From assembly GCA_963785305.1 (NCBI GenBank), contig CAWAUV010000007.1, forward strand, positions 928,001 to 992,000: 64,000 nucleotides of DNA, in the 5' to 3' direction. Below the pieces are notes generated by a model. The model worked only from the letters and a program-made list of their open reading frames with translations. It did not search any database and was not told where the DNA came from. The DNA is from an uncultured Planctomycetaceae bacterium (GTDB lineage Bacteria > Planctomycetota > Planctomycetia > Pirellulales > PALSA-1355). Below, in pieces: positions 40,305-51,149 of this stretch (position 1 is its first letter; each line of letters starts with the position of its first letter). Made by a program: the position numbers and the translations under genes.

Positions 40305-42965
40305 TCACCGCTTCGTCGGGCGGCGTTCCGCTCGGGCTTGCAGAGGATCCTCGGGCCAGGCATGTTTCGGGTAGCGGCGGCGTAGCTCCTTGCGAACTTC
40401 GGCATAGGCGCCCGACCAGAAACTCGCCAAATCGTCGGTAATCTGCTGCGGACGCATGCTCGGCGAGAGCAGATGCAACAGCACCGGCGCCCGGCCGGCC
40501 GCCAGCCGGGGCGTGGCGGTCCAGCCGAAGATTTCTTGAATGCGCACCGCCAAGACCGGCGCTTTGCCGAGCGGATAGTCGAGCGTCGCTTGCGAGCCGC
40601 TCGGCAGTCGCAGTCGCTCGGGCGCCTCGCGATCGAGCGCCAACCGCTGGACGCTATCGAGCGTTTCCAAGATTGGGCCCTCGAAGCTCCGCCGACTGAG
40701 ATCGGCGAACGAGACACAGCCTTCGCACAGACGCGGCAGAAGCTCGCCGAGTTGCTCATCGCTCCAGGCGGGTAGTTGCAACTCGGGCATCGCGCGGCGG
40801 AGAAAATCGAGCCGCCCCAAAAGCCGCTCGGCCCGCGCGTCGAGCCAGTCGCGTGGGCTCTTTCGCTCGAGCGCGGCGGCGGCCAAACGCTCGGCGGCGC
40901 GGGCGTCGGCCGGCAGATTCGTGGCCGCTTCTTCCAACACCAAGTCGCGCCACCGCACGCGCCGCCAAGCCACGACCCGCTCTCTTTCGGCATCGAACTC
41001 GACATCGACAGCGGTCGTGAGCTGCTCGGCGGGGAGCCACCGGCGCTCGATGGCCGACGCCACGCGCACCAGCGCTTCGCTCCCGCGGGCTTCATGCAAT
41101 TCAATGGCGATGAACAACTCGGCCTCGCGCACGGCGCTCTTCGCATCGAGCCGCACGCCGCGCCCGCCCACCATTAGGCCGCGCTCACTACCCGGCTCGC
41201 GGCGCCGAACCACGCGATCGGGAAACGCCGCGAGGAGCGCCCTGCGCAGGGAGAGATCGCTCGTCGCGTCGGTCGGCGCATCCTGCCGTGCGCGATCCCG
41301 GGGCCGATGCGATTCAACCGAGCGCTCGAGATCGTCGGCCACGCGCAGCAGATGCCGGATCGTGACAGAATCGAGGCCCGACCGCCCGCGCGGGCCGCGA
41401 CCCGCTTCTTCAATCGCTTTGATGCGATCGAGCACATCGCTATCGGACCAACGGCCCGGGCCTGCGAGGCGGCCCATGGCGTCGCGCTCGCTGAGGATCG
41501 CCGCGGCCAAACAGCAAGGACCCAGGGCGCCGAGCCGCTGGCCTTCGATCAGCAGTCGCGCCAGGCGCGGATGCACCGGCCAGCGGGCCATGCGTCGCCC
41601 CAGCGCGGTGGCTTTGGCCGAGCGAATCGCGATGGCCGATGATTCGGAGAGCTCGGCGTGCTCCGCAATGGTTTCGGCGGCGCCGAGATCGGCCAGGAGC
41701 GCGAGCGCGGCGGTGAGCCGCGCGTCGCTCGGTCGCTCGAACCAACCGAAAGCGCCGAGGTCGCGTTCGCCCCAGACCAGGAGCTCGAGCGCTGCGCCGG
41801 CAAGGTCGACGCGCTGAATCTCGGGCGTTGCATGGGCTTCGAGCGCATGATGACGTCGCTCGGTCCAGAGCCTCAGGCAATGTCCCGGCCCGGTGCGGCC
41901 CGCGCGGCCGGCTCGCTGTTCGGCCGAGGCTTTCGAGATGCGCACAAGCGCGAGGCGATTGAAGCCGGTCTCCGGATCGGCCTGCATTTGCCGAGCCCAG
42001 CCGCTATCGACCACGATCTCGACGCCTTCGATCGTGAGCGAGGTCTCGGCCACATTGGTCGCCAGCACGATCTTGCGCCGTGGACCGGGACGCAGCACCG
42101 CTTGCTGCTCACCGAGCGGCATCTCACCGTGGAGCGGCGACAGGGTCCAGCCGTGGCGATGCGCCAGGGGCGAGAGCAACGCGGCAGTGCGATGAATCTC
42201 GCCGACGCCCGGCAGAAATACGAGCACATCGCCGGTCGCGATGCGCGCCGTCATGCGCTCGACCCCTTTGGCCATGGTCTCGTCGAGCGGGCCGCTCGGC
42301 TCATGGAGCAGATACTCGATTGCCACCGGCCACGCCCGACCTTGGCTCACCAGCGACGGCGCGGGAGCGCTGCTCGCTTTGCCCGCGGGCTCGCCGAGGA
42401 ATTCCGCGATGGGCCCCATATCGAGCGTGGCCGACATCACCACGATCTTGAGATCGGGCCGCGTCTCGCGCCGCACGCGCCGGGCCATGGCCAGCGCCAA
42501 ATCGGCATGGAGGCTTCGCTCGTGGAATTCATCGAACACGAGCACATCGATGCCTTCGAGAAACGGATCGTCGGCCAGCATGCGAATCAAGATGCCTTCG
42601 GTCACGACGACGAGCCGAGTGGCGGGGCCGACGCATGATTCGAATCGCACCTGATAGCCGACTTCGCCGCCGAGCTCGACCTGCCGCTCGGCCGCGATGC
42701 GCGCCGCCGCCGCCCGAGCCGCCAGCCGCCGCGGCTGCGAGACGATAATCCGGCCTCGCGGCGTCGGTTCCTTGGCTCGCGACTCCTCAAGCATCGCCGC
42801 TTCGGCCAGCGCGGCGTCGAGCAGCGCGGCGGGAACGCGCGTGGTCTTGCCGGCGCCGGGCGGGGCGAGCAGCACGAGCCGGCCATGGGCCCGGGTCTGG
42901 GCGACGATCTCGTCCAAGAGCGGATCGATCGCCAGCGGTTCGCGCTGTGGAGGACGAGCGGGCAA
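40305..42965 (-). CDS. hrpB: ATP-dependent RNA helicase HrpB
   Basis: APPGAGKTT, FDEFHERS, MSAT, ATNVAETSLT, QRAGRAGR, C-terminal YPKHAWPEDP. Confidence 0.95.
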   Translation of the reverse strand: MPARPPQREPLAIDPLLDEIVAQTRAHGRLVLLAPPGAGKTTRVPAALLDAALAEAAMLEESRAKEPTPRGRIIVSQPRRLAARAAAARIAAERQVELGGEVGYQVRFESCVGPATRLVVVTEGILIRMLADDPFLEGIDVLVFDEFHERSLHADLALAMARRVRRETRPDLKIVVMSATLDMGPIAEFLGEPAGKASSAPAPSLVSQGRAWPVAIEYLLHEPSGPLDETMAKGVERMTARIATGDVLVFLPGVGEIHRTAALLSPLAHRHGWTLSPLHGEMPLGEQQAVLRPGPRRKIVLATNVAETSLTIEGVEIVVDSGWARQMQADPETGFNRLALVRISKASAEQRAGRAGRTGPGHCLRLWTERRHHALEAHATPEIQRVDLAGAALELLVWGERDLGAFGWFERPSDARLTAALALLADLGAAETIAEHAELSESSAIAIRSAKATALGRRMARWPVHPRLARLLIEGQRLGALGPCCLAAAILSERDAMGRLAGPGRWSDSDVLDRIKAIEEAGRGPRGRSGLDSVTIRHLLRVADDLERSVESHRPRDRARQDAPTDATSDLSLRRALLAAFPDRVVRRREPGSERGLMVGGRGVRLDAKSAVREAELFIAIELHEARGSEALVRVASAIERRWLPAEQLTTAVDVEFDAERERVVAWRRVRWRDLVLEEAATNLPADARAAERLAAAALERKSPRDWLDARAERLLGRLDFLRRAMPELQLPAWSDEQLGELLPRLCEGCVSFADLSRRSFEGPILETLDSVQRLALDREAPERLRLPSGSQATLDYPLGKAPVLAVRIQEIFGWTATPRLAAGRAPVLLHLLSPSMRPQQITDDLASFWSGAYAEVRKELRRRYPKHAWPEDPLQARAERRPTKR

Positions 42966-42987
42966 AAGAGACTTCCTCGCTGGATAC

Positions 42988-45536
42988 TTAATCGTGGTTG
43001 AACAGCGGTTCGGCGGCGCCGTCGGGGCTGGCGCCCCAGGGGGTCCAGGCCAGGGAAACGCTTTCGACCGAAATATCGCTTTTGCGCGGACCGATGCGAA
43101 TCTCGCTCAACTGAAAGGCATCGGGACGAACCGAGGCGTCGAACTCGGCGATCTTTTGTTTGAGCTCGGCCTCGAGCTGGGCTTGCTGGTCGTCGAGCGA
43201 GGCGGCGCTTTGGGCGGCCTGTTGGGCATCGCTTCGCTGTTTGAGCGCCTTGCCGCTGGAGCGAACGGCCGATTCGGCGCGGCGAATGTTGTCGCGGCTC
43301 GTGAGCTTCCGCCGAGTGAGCACCGATTCGAGCAGCGCTCCGCCCAGCGAGACAAACGCGCCGAGCGCCGTGCCCGCGGCGGCGGTTTTGGCTTCGCTCG
43401 CGGCGGATTCGGCCCGCTCGCGCTGCTTGTCGATGGCGGCGAATTTCGGGGCATAGGTCGCGCGGAGCGATTCGATCGCCTGATCTCGATGTTCGCGGGC
43501 CGCCTGCGCGAGTCGCGCGGAAGGCGGCTTCGGACTCGTCGAGCGTCGAGATTTGCTTGGCGCTCTTGCATTCCCAGAGCGTGAGCGCGTCGGACGCATA
43601 GAGATGCTCCTTGAGCGATTTGGCGAAGCCGGCGTAGCTCTTTGGATTGGCCAGGGGCGCCGGCAGCGCGGCGAATCGGGCGCCGGCGGCGGGGTCTTTT
43701 TCCATCTTCGCCCCCGACACGCCGACGGCGCCTTGCCAGAGGTCGGCCGCGGAGTCCGACACGCCGGCCAAGACCACGCGCTCGCGCCACGCATCGACGC
43801 CGCTCTTGGCCGCCACGAAATGCAACTTGGCTTTGCCCACCAGCGCCGGACGATAGCGCAAGCTTTCGCTTGTCTTGGGCGGCACGCTCGGCGTCATGAA
43901 AACTTCCGCCACGCCGGGCGGCAACACCGGCCGCGCGGTGTCGCTCGCGCCCGACGCCGGCGAGGCGCTCGATCCTGGCAGCGGCGGCGGAGCGCCCTCG
44001 ACGGCTGGCGCGCTCGTGTCCGCCGCGTCACTGTCCGGCGAGTTCGTGGGAATCGGCGGCTTGGTGTCCGACTCGGCTCGCGCGGAGGGCGGCCGGCAGC
44101 GGCTTCGCGGCTTTGGCGGCGGCCTTGCGATCGCGCATCAGGGTGGCGATCTGATCGCGCGTGAGAGGACCGCGCAAGTAGGAAAGCGTCCAGCGGCTCT
44201 CGAACACCACCGGATGGGCGTCATGCACGTTATTAAGCAGAAACACGCGTTTGCCGAGCGCCGAGAGCGCCGCCGCGATTTGCGCGCGGTCGAACTTGCC
44301 GCCCGCCTCCGAGGCGGCCCCTTCGAGTCCGTCGAGCAGCCGGGCCTTGTCGCGCTCGGTTTGCAAGCGGCCGAGCAGCCAGGTTCCGGCGTTGGAGAGG
44401 CTCTTGTAATCGAGGTCCACCGGGTTCTGCGTGGCCAGCACCACTCCCAGCCCAAAGGCCCGGGCTTGTTTGAGCAGGGTGAGCATCGGCTTTTTCGAGG
44501 GCGGATTGGCCGTGGGCGGGAAATAACCGTATACCTCGTCCATATAGAATAGGGCCCGCAGGCTCGATGTGCCCGACTGGGCCCGCGACCAGCTCAAGAG
44601 CTCGTTGAGCAGAATCGTGACGAAGAACATGCGTTCGCTATCGCTCAAATGCGCGATCGAAAGGATCGAAAGTCTTGGCTTGCCGGCCGGTGTGTAGAGC
44701 AGCCGGCCGATATCGAGCGGTTCGCCCGCGAGCCAGCCGGCGAACGACGGCGAAGCCAATAAGTTGTTGAGCTCGAGCGCGAGCGTGAAACGTTCTTTCG
44801 CCGGAAAGAACGTTTCGAGATCGACGAAGCCCACTTTGTCGAACGGCGGAGTCTGAATCCGCCGCAATAGATCGCTAAGCTCCAGGTTCGTGCCGGCCCG
44901 CCAGGCCGCCTCGATGATGTTCGAGAGCAAGATCGATTCCCGGCCGCGGAGCGGATCGGAGTTGACTCCCGCGAGCGAAAGCACGCCGGCGACCGTGGCG
45001 CCGATGCGTTCGCGGAGCGCGTCGTCGTCGTCGAGCACCGCGGCGCTCGGAGCGGCGAACGAGCGGAGCACGGTGAGCGGCAAGCCGGCGCTGCCGCCGG
45101 GTGTGTAGATCGCGATGTCCACCGAATCGCGAAACCGCGCGATTCGGGCGCCGTCCTCGCCCCAAGCGGCCAAGCCCTCGCGCCATTTCTTGGCCTCGGC
45201 CGCCGCGAGCTCGTCGCTGGTCATGCCGCCGCGCTGCGCTTCCGAGGGATCGATCCAGGGAGCGAAGTCCGAGGGCTTGAGATCGGGAAACGTGAGCAGC
45301 AGGTTGCCGATATCGCCCTTGGGATCGATGGCGATCGCGGGAATGCCGTCGATGGCCGCTTCTTCCAACAGCGCGAGACACAAGCCGGTCTTGCCGCTAC
45401 CGGTCATGCCCACGCAAATCGCATGCGTCGTGAGGTCTTTCGACGGGAAGAGCAGGGGGTCGGACTTGCCGGTCCGGGTGGCGATATCGTATTCACGCCC
45501 CAGATAAAAGACGCCCAACTTTTCGAAGTCTTGCAT
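42988..45536 (-). CDS. HerA/FtsK-like (DUF87-type) ATPase (frameshifts ~44085 and ~43515)
   Basis: GMTGSGKTG Walker A, IDPKGD, YMDEVYG Walker [22 protein letters not shown]; coiled-coil C-terminus. Confidence 0.85.
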
Positions 45537-45740
45537 TGCAGCGCCTTGTGCAAGGAGGAAAACATGAGATCGAGAAGCCACTCACGCGAGAGGCGCCGGT
45601 CATCTTACCGCGAGCGCGGGGAGCGCAACAGATTGCCGATCGAAATTCGAACTGCGATACTAATCGCGACGTGAGGCGACCGAACACAGGCTGGAAGCAG
45701 CCCAGCCCTGGCGAACGGGCGAAAGGCGATGCGAATTCCC

Positions 45741-46389
45741 ATGGCCGCGGCGAACGAGTCGGATGTGTTGTTCGTCGCGCGCATCGAGCGCGGCGAGGAG
45801 GCCGCTTGGCGCGAACTGATCGCGCGGTTCGAGGGGCGACTGCTGGCGTTTGTCGAAGGGCGAGCGGCGCGGCGCTCGGCGGCCGAGGATATCGTGCAGG
45901 AGACCTTCCTCGGCTTTCTCACCAGTTTGCCGAACTACGACCGGCGCCGTCCGCTCGAGGGCTATCTGTTTTCGATCGCGGCGCACAAGTTGACGGATCA
46001 TTTGCGTCGCGAGGGACGCCGGCCCACGCTGCCGCTCGAAGGGCAGGGCGGTCAATTCTCCGAGAGAGAAGCGCGGCAGCCAGCGGCGCCCGCGGCCGCG
46101 GCGAGCAGCGTGGCCCGAGGTGGCGAGCGCCGCGCTCTCGAGGCGGCGGCCTTGGCCCTTGCGATCGAGGAGTATTGCGCGGCTCAAATCGCGCGGCGAA
46201 TGGCAAAAGCTGATCTGCTTGGAGTTGCTGTTTTTGCGATCGTGGCCCAACCGGGACGTGGCGGCTCGGCTCGAAATGACCGAGGCGTCCGTGGCGGGGC
46301 TGAAGTTCGAATTCATCGCCCGGCTGCGGTCGCTGCTCCGGCGCCAAAGCTTGCCGGCGGACGTGTTCCCGGAACTGGGCGAAGGATAA
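45741..46389 (+). CDS. ECF-type RNA polymerase sigma factor (frameshift ~46185)
   Basis: AEDIVQETF, YLFSIAAHKLTDHLRR (region 2); WPNRDVAARLEMTEASVA (region 4 HTH). Confidence 0.85.
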
Positions 46390-46440
46390 ATCAGAATTTG
46401 TGTGTTGTCGAAAGCGCCCCCACGCCGGCGACGGCTCTCC

Positions 46441-46585
46441 CACAAGCCTGAAGCGCCAGCGAAGGAAGACGCGAGCGCCGACGATCCACCGCCGGGCGCC
46501 CGGCCGCCTCGCCTCGCGCGAGAAATTGCTTGTGCCGTGGACGACGCGGATTTGAAGAGTCCTTCGCTGGCGCGTCAGGCTTGTA
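46441..46585. repeat. REP-like inverted pair (REPIN-like)
   Basis: CACAAGCCTGAAGCGCCAGCGAAGGA (46441-46466) and its inverted copy (46560-46585, 24/26 match). Confidence 0.75.
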
Positions 46586-46731
46586 GCTGAAGGGGCGATG
46601 GAGTGCTCCAGCGAGCAGTTTTCGATTTCCTCGGTTATCAATCTTCACGCTTCGCGGTTTCACGCTTGGCGAGGACCGGGAAAGTCCTTGCTCCGACGTT
46701 TCGTTTCACCTCGGAAAAATCGAGACAACCT

Positions 46732-48195
46732 ATGTGGGCCACCACCGAATCTCCCGCCGGGCCCGAGCCCATGTCGCCGCCAAGCTTCCGGCCGTCCGCG
46801 GCGCTTGCGCGCTGGTTCGGCGTGGAGGGGCGGATCACGCGGCTCGACTATTTGGTCTGCGGCCTCTTGTTGGCCATCGTCAAATACGCGGTCGAGGCTG
46901 GCATGCTTTGGCTCGTCGCGGCGAGGTTCTTCTATCCTTGGGATTTCGTCAATCCAGTGATGAGCGTGCGGACGGAAATGGCTCAGGGAGCGCCCGCTTG
47001 GTTGCCGGGTTTCTTGTTTCTGTGGACGTTGCCGTTCGTGTGGGTCGCGGTGTCGATGAGCGTGCGCCGGGCGGCCGATGCGGGCTGCTCGCCGTGGCTC
47101 GGCATGATGGTGCTCGTGCCGCTGTTGAATCTGCCATTCATGCTCACCTTTTGCACGCTCCCGAGCGGCAAACGCTTCCGCCATGTTTCGCCGCGCCGCA
47201 CGGCGCCGACCAACAGGGGACGAGCGCTCTCGGCCGCGGTGGCCAGCGGAGTGGGGCTGCTCGCCGGAGCCATCATCATGTTGCCGAGCATTTATTGGGA
47301 GGGAAGTTATGGCGCTGTTATGTTTTTGGGCGGCCCGCTGATGATGGGCGCGACGGCCGCGTATGTCGACAATCGCCACTATTCGCGCGGTTTTGGTTCC
47401 GCTTTCGCGCTCGGAGCGGTCACGATCTGTTTTGGGTTGCTCGCATTCATGCTCTTCGCGCTCGAGGGCGCGGTCTGCTTGGTGATGGCGGCGCCGCTCA
47501 TGGTCCCGCTCGGCGCCGTGGGCGGACTCTTGGGCAAAGCCATCGCCGATCGCGTCTCCGCGGGCCGCCACCAACTGATGGCGGCCGTGGCGCTTGCTCC
47601 GCTCGCGGCCGGCTGGGAAGCGAGGGTCGCGCCATCGCCTGAGTACGCGGTGGTGTCGAGCGTCGAGATCGACGCGCCGTCGGAAACCGTCTGGAAAAAT
47701 GTAGTCGCCTTTCCGGAGTTGCCCGCGGAGCGACCGTGGTATTTTCGCTGGGGGATTAGCTGCCCGGAGCGGGCACGGATCGAAGGGCATGGCGTCGGCG
47801 CGGTGCGCTATTGCGAATTCACCACCGGGGCATTTGTCGAACCGATCACGCGATGGGATCAGCCCCGTTGGCTGGCGTTCGATGTGGTGGAGCAGCCCGA
47901 TCCAATGTTCGAGCTGAGCTTTCATGAGCATGTGCATCCGCCGCATCTGGACGGCTACCTGCGAAGCACGCATGGCGAATTTCGCTTGATCGCTCTGCCC
48001 ACGGGCGGCACGCGGCTCGTGGGCTCGACCTGGTATCGCTTGCGAATGTATCCCGCCTGGTACTGGACCGGATGGTCCGACGGGCTGATTCATCGGATCC
48101 ACGAGCGCGTGCTGGAGCATATCAAGCGACTCGCCGAGGCGGACCCAGTCGCTGGGCGCGTCACTCGGCGTTTGCCGAATGATGGGCGGCGATAA
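46732..48195 (+). CDS. DUF805 membrane domain + TM region + SRPBCC/START-like domain protein
   Basis: GRITRLDY...SVRRAADAGCSPW (DUF805); ALEGAVCLVMAAPL; VEIDAPSETVW...IHERVLEHIK (SRPBCC). Confidence 0.8.
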   Translation: MWATTESPAGPEPMSPPSFRPSAALARWFGVEGRITRLDYLVCGLLLAIVKYAVEAGMLWLVAARFFYPWDFVNPVMSVRTEMAQGAPAWLPGFLFLWTLPFVWVAVSMSVRRAADAGCSPWLGMMVLVPLLNLPFMLTFCTLPSGKRFRHVSPRRTAPTNRGRALSAAVASGVGLLAGAIIMLPSIYWEGSYGAVMFLGGPLMMGATAAYVDNRHYSRGFGSAFALGAVTICFGLLAFMLFALEGAVCLVMAAPLMVPLGAVGGLLGKAIADRVSAGRHQLMAAVALAPLAAGWEARVAPSPEYAVVSSVEIDAPSETVWKNVVAFPELPAERPWYFRWGISCPERARIEGHGVGAVRYCEFTTGAFVEPITRWDQPRWLAFDVVEQPDPMFELSFHEHVHPPHLDGYLRSTHGEFRLIALPTGGTRLVGSTWYRLRMYPAWYWTGWSDGLIHRIHERVLEHIKRLAEADPVAGRVTRRLPNDGRR

Positions 48196-48720
48196 AGCGG
48201 TCCACGTCGGCTAGGATCGCTTCGTGCAGCTTGCCGAGCTCGCTTGCCGGCAGACTGCCCACGACGCCGGGCGAGCGCCAAGTGGGCGCCGGAATATGGA
48301 TCGCCGGTGATCTTGCGAGTCGGGTCTCTTGCACCAGCGCCAGCTCGCGCCAATACGACACCATGCGTTCGCCCGCGCTGTCGTCGGCCAGGGCCACGAG
48401 CGTGAGGCACAAGGTCGGCTGGCCTTGAGCGCGTTCTTGGGCGCCGAGCAGCGCGATGTGGGCAGCGCCAAGCGGCCGACGATTTCGGCTTCGAGCGCCG
48501 CGGATTTGAAAATCGTCCCGGGGCCGCCGCCGCAATCGACCACCACGCGCACCGCATGCAGTCCCCGGAGCGTGGCCCGTTCGGTCGGCGTGTCGGCGGC
48601 CAGGGCCTCGAAGGCCAGACATGCAATGGCCGATCCCGCGATGCCCGCCACGAACCAAGCCGCGCGTCGCGTGCTTTTCACTATGCGAGGCATGCTCGGC
48701 GACGAGATCGTCTTCCGCAT
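48161..48720 (-). CDS. Secreted hypothetical protein (frameshift ~48465)
   Basis: Signal-like segment and TLRGLHAVRVVV, joined to LALVQETRLAR...APTW...VDRFIAAH in a second frame. Confidence 0.55.
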
Positions 48721-48867
48721 AAAGTCCCCTTTCCCGCGAGCCCGTGTCGCAAGCCGCGGTGAAGAAGTCGCCGCAATGAAGCCACGCTCAATTTTCGTCG
48801 CCGGGCGGTCGCTTGGCAACGGTCGGCGGGGGGGCTAGGCCGGATTTTGGAGCCGAGACCGCCGACG

Positions 48868-50970
48868 TCAGCCAAAAAAATCGGGGTCCGACTCGCCATA
48901 TTCCCAGGCCTCGGGCACAAAGCGAATCGGCTCGTCGTCATCGGGCGGCGCTTGATTCGCTTGATTCGCGGTTTGCCGCGATTGGGCGTCGTCGCGTCGG
49001 GAGGTGGGGCGGGCGGCGGCCGGACGGGAAGCGCTTCGCAACGGACGGCTGCCGAGCGACTTCGCGCAGCGCGCTTCGTCGGGCGGCAAAGCGTCGGGCC
49101 CCTGGTCGTTGTCGAACAACGCGCCCTGCTCGGCGCAGTGGTCGGCGATGATCTTCAGCACCGCCTCGCCATATTGGGCCCGCTTGCGTTCGCCGATGCC
49201 CGAGATTTCCAGCAAGGCGGCCGAAGTCGAGGGACGACGTCGCGCCAAGTCGCGGAGCGGCCCGTCGGCAAACACCACATAGGGCGGCACGGAGCGCTGG
49301 GCGGCCGTCTCGCGGCGCCAGGCGCGCAGGGTCTCGAACAGCGCCATGTCGACGCCTTGCCAGTTTTCTTGCTGACTGCGATCGGCGCCGCGATTCGGGC
49401 CGCCCGAGCGCCCCGACCCCGAGGGGCCGGCGCCGCGAGAGCGCCGCGGCCGTTCGGTCGGCTCGAGCAGGCGCGGAGTGAGCTCGCCGCGGAGCATTCG
49501 CCAGCCGGTTTCCGTCACCCGGAGCACTGAAAACTCGCCGGTCTTTTCAAGGAACCGCTGATCGACTAGCTGTTCGACCCAGTCGCGCACTTGGCGCTTG
49601 TCATGTTCCTTGAGAATGCCCCAGGTGGTGAGTCGGTCGTGGTTGCGCTCGAGAATTTTTTGATCTCGCGAGCCGACGAGCACTTGCGATGTGTATTCGC
49701 CGCCGAACGATTCCTTGAGCCGCGCGACGCACGAGCCGATCTTTTGGGCAATTTGCAGCGCCCCGTCGATGAATTTCCGCTCGCCTAGGCATACATCGCA
49801 CGCGCCGCAGGCTTGCCCGTGGCTCGACTGGCCAAAGTGTTCCAAGATCGCCTGATGCCGGCAGCCCATCGCCGAGCAGAATCGCTCCATGCCCGCGAGA
49901 TTGGCTTCAGCCGCGGCAACCGCCTCGCGCGGGAGATCGTTTTGAAATCGGCGCCACATCAAAAAATCAGCCGGCGAGTAGAACAGGCAGCATTCGGCTT
50001 CGAGCCCATCGCGACCCGCGCGGCCGCTTTCTTGTTGATAGGCCTCGAGCGACTTGGGAGCGCCGGCGTGAATGACGAACCGCACATTCGATTTGTCGAT
50101 GCCCATGCCAAACGCCACCGTGGCGACGATGATGCGAGCCGAGTCGTTGCGAAACGCATCTTGATTCGCGCGGCGCTCGAGGTCGTCCATGCCGGCGTGG
50201 TAGGGCAGGGCGGCAATGCCATCGGCTTGGAGCGCAGCGCACAGCTCGTCGACATCGCGCCGGCGAAGGCAATAGATAATGCCCGACTCGTCGGCATGGC
50301 GGTCGAGCGCTTCGCGAATTTGCGGTAGGCGGTCGCCGCGCCGCGCGACCCGATAACAAAGGTTGGGGCGATCGAACGAGCCGACCAGCACCTCGGGCTC
50401 GACCAAACCAAGCTGCCGGACGATGTCCGACCGCACCCGCTCGGTGGCCGTGGCGGTGTAGGCATGCAGGCCGACTTGAGGGAAGCGGCGCTTGAGCTCG
50501 GTGAGCCCGCGATATTCGGGCCGGAAGTCGTGTCCCCAGTCGCTGATGCAATGGGCTTCGTCCACGGCGATAAACGACAGCGACACGCCGTCGAGGAGTC
50601 GGAGCATCGAATCGCCGAGCACTCGTTCGGGCGAAAGATAGAGCAGCTTGAGCCGGCCGGAGCGAATCTCGTCTTCCACGCGGCGGCGCTCGCCGGAGTC
50701 GAGCGCGCTATGCATGCTGGCGGCTGGCACGCCGCAATCGTCGAGCGCGGCGACTTGATCGTTCATCAGCGAAATGAGCGGCGAAACCACGATCGCGAGG
50801 CCCGGCATCGCCACGGCGGGCAGTTGATAGCAAAGCGACTTGCCGCCGCCAGTGGGCAGCACCACGAGCGAATCGCGGCCGGCGGCCACCGCCGCGATCG
50901 CCTCGCCCTGAAGCTGGCGGAGCGTGTCGTAGCCCCAATACTTGCGCAGAAGTTCGCGAAGCTGTTGCAC
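48868..50970 (-). CDS. recQ: DNA helicase RecQ
   Basis: PTGGGKSLCYQLP, VDEAHCISDWGHDFRP, ATVAFGMGIDK, YQQESGRAGRDG, Zn-binding CGACDVC and HRDC domain. Confidence 0.96.
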   Translation of the reverse strand: MQQLRELLRKYWGYDTLRQLQGEAIAAVAAGRDSLVVLPTGGGKSLCYQLPAVAMPGLAIVVSPLISLMNDQVAALDDCGVPAASMHSALDSGERRRVEDEIRSGRLKLLYLSPERVLGDSMLRLLDGVSLSFIAVDEAHCISDWGHDFRPEYRGLTELKRRFPQVGLHAYTATATERVRSDIVRQLGLVEPEVLVGSFDRPNLCYRVARRGDRLPQIREALDRHADESGIIYCLRRRDVDELCAALQADGIAALPYHAGMDDLERRANQDAFRNDSARIIVATVAFGMGIDKSNVRFVIHAGAPKSLEAYQQESGRAGRDGLEAECCLFYSPADFLMWRRFQNDLPREAVAAAEANLAGMERFCSAMGCRHQAILEHFGQSSHGQACGACDVCLGERKFIDGALQIAQKIGSCVARLKESFGGEYTSQVLVGSRDQKILERNHDRLTTWGILKEHDKRQVRDWVEQLVDQRFLEKTGEFSVLRVTETGWRMLRGELTPRLLEPTERPRRSRGAGPSGSGRSGGPNRGADRSQQENWQGVDMALFETLRAWRRETAAQRSVPPYVVFADGPLRDLARRRPSTSAALLEISGIGERKRAQYGEAVLKIIADHCAEQGALFDNDQGPDALPPDEARCAKSLGSRPLRSASRPAAARPTSRRDDAQSRQTANQANQAPPDDDEPIRFVPEAWEYGESDPDFFG

Positions 50971-51149
50971 GGCGCGTTTGCCGAAAAGCGAGGGGCGGGG
51001 AAGGAAAAGAGCGTGGTTTCGCTCGCCGGGGCAGCATACCGCGCCGCGCCTGCCCTTTCAACCACCGGTCACGGAATGAGCAATTGGCAAGATCGGCAAG
51101 CAAAAAGTAGAGGAATCGCCGTTTGGCGGCGCCGCCGGCTTCCCGCGGC

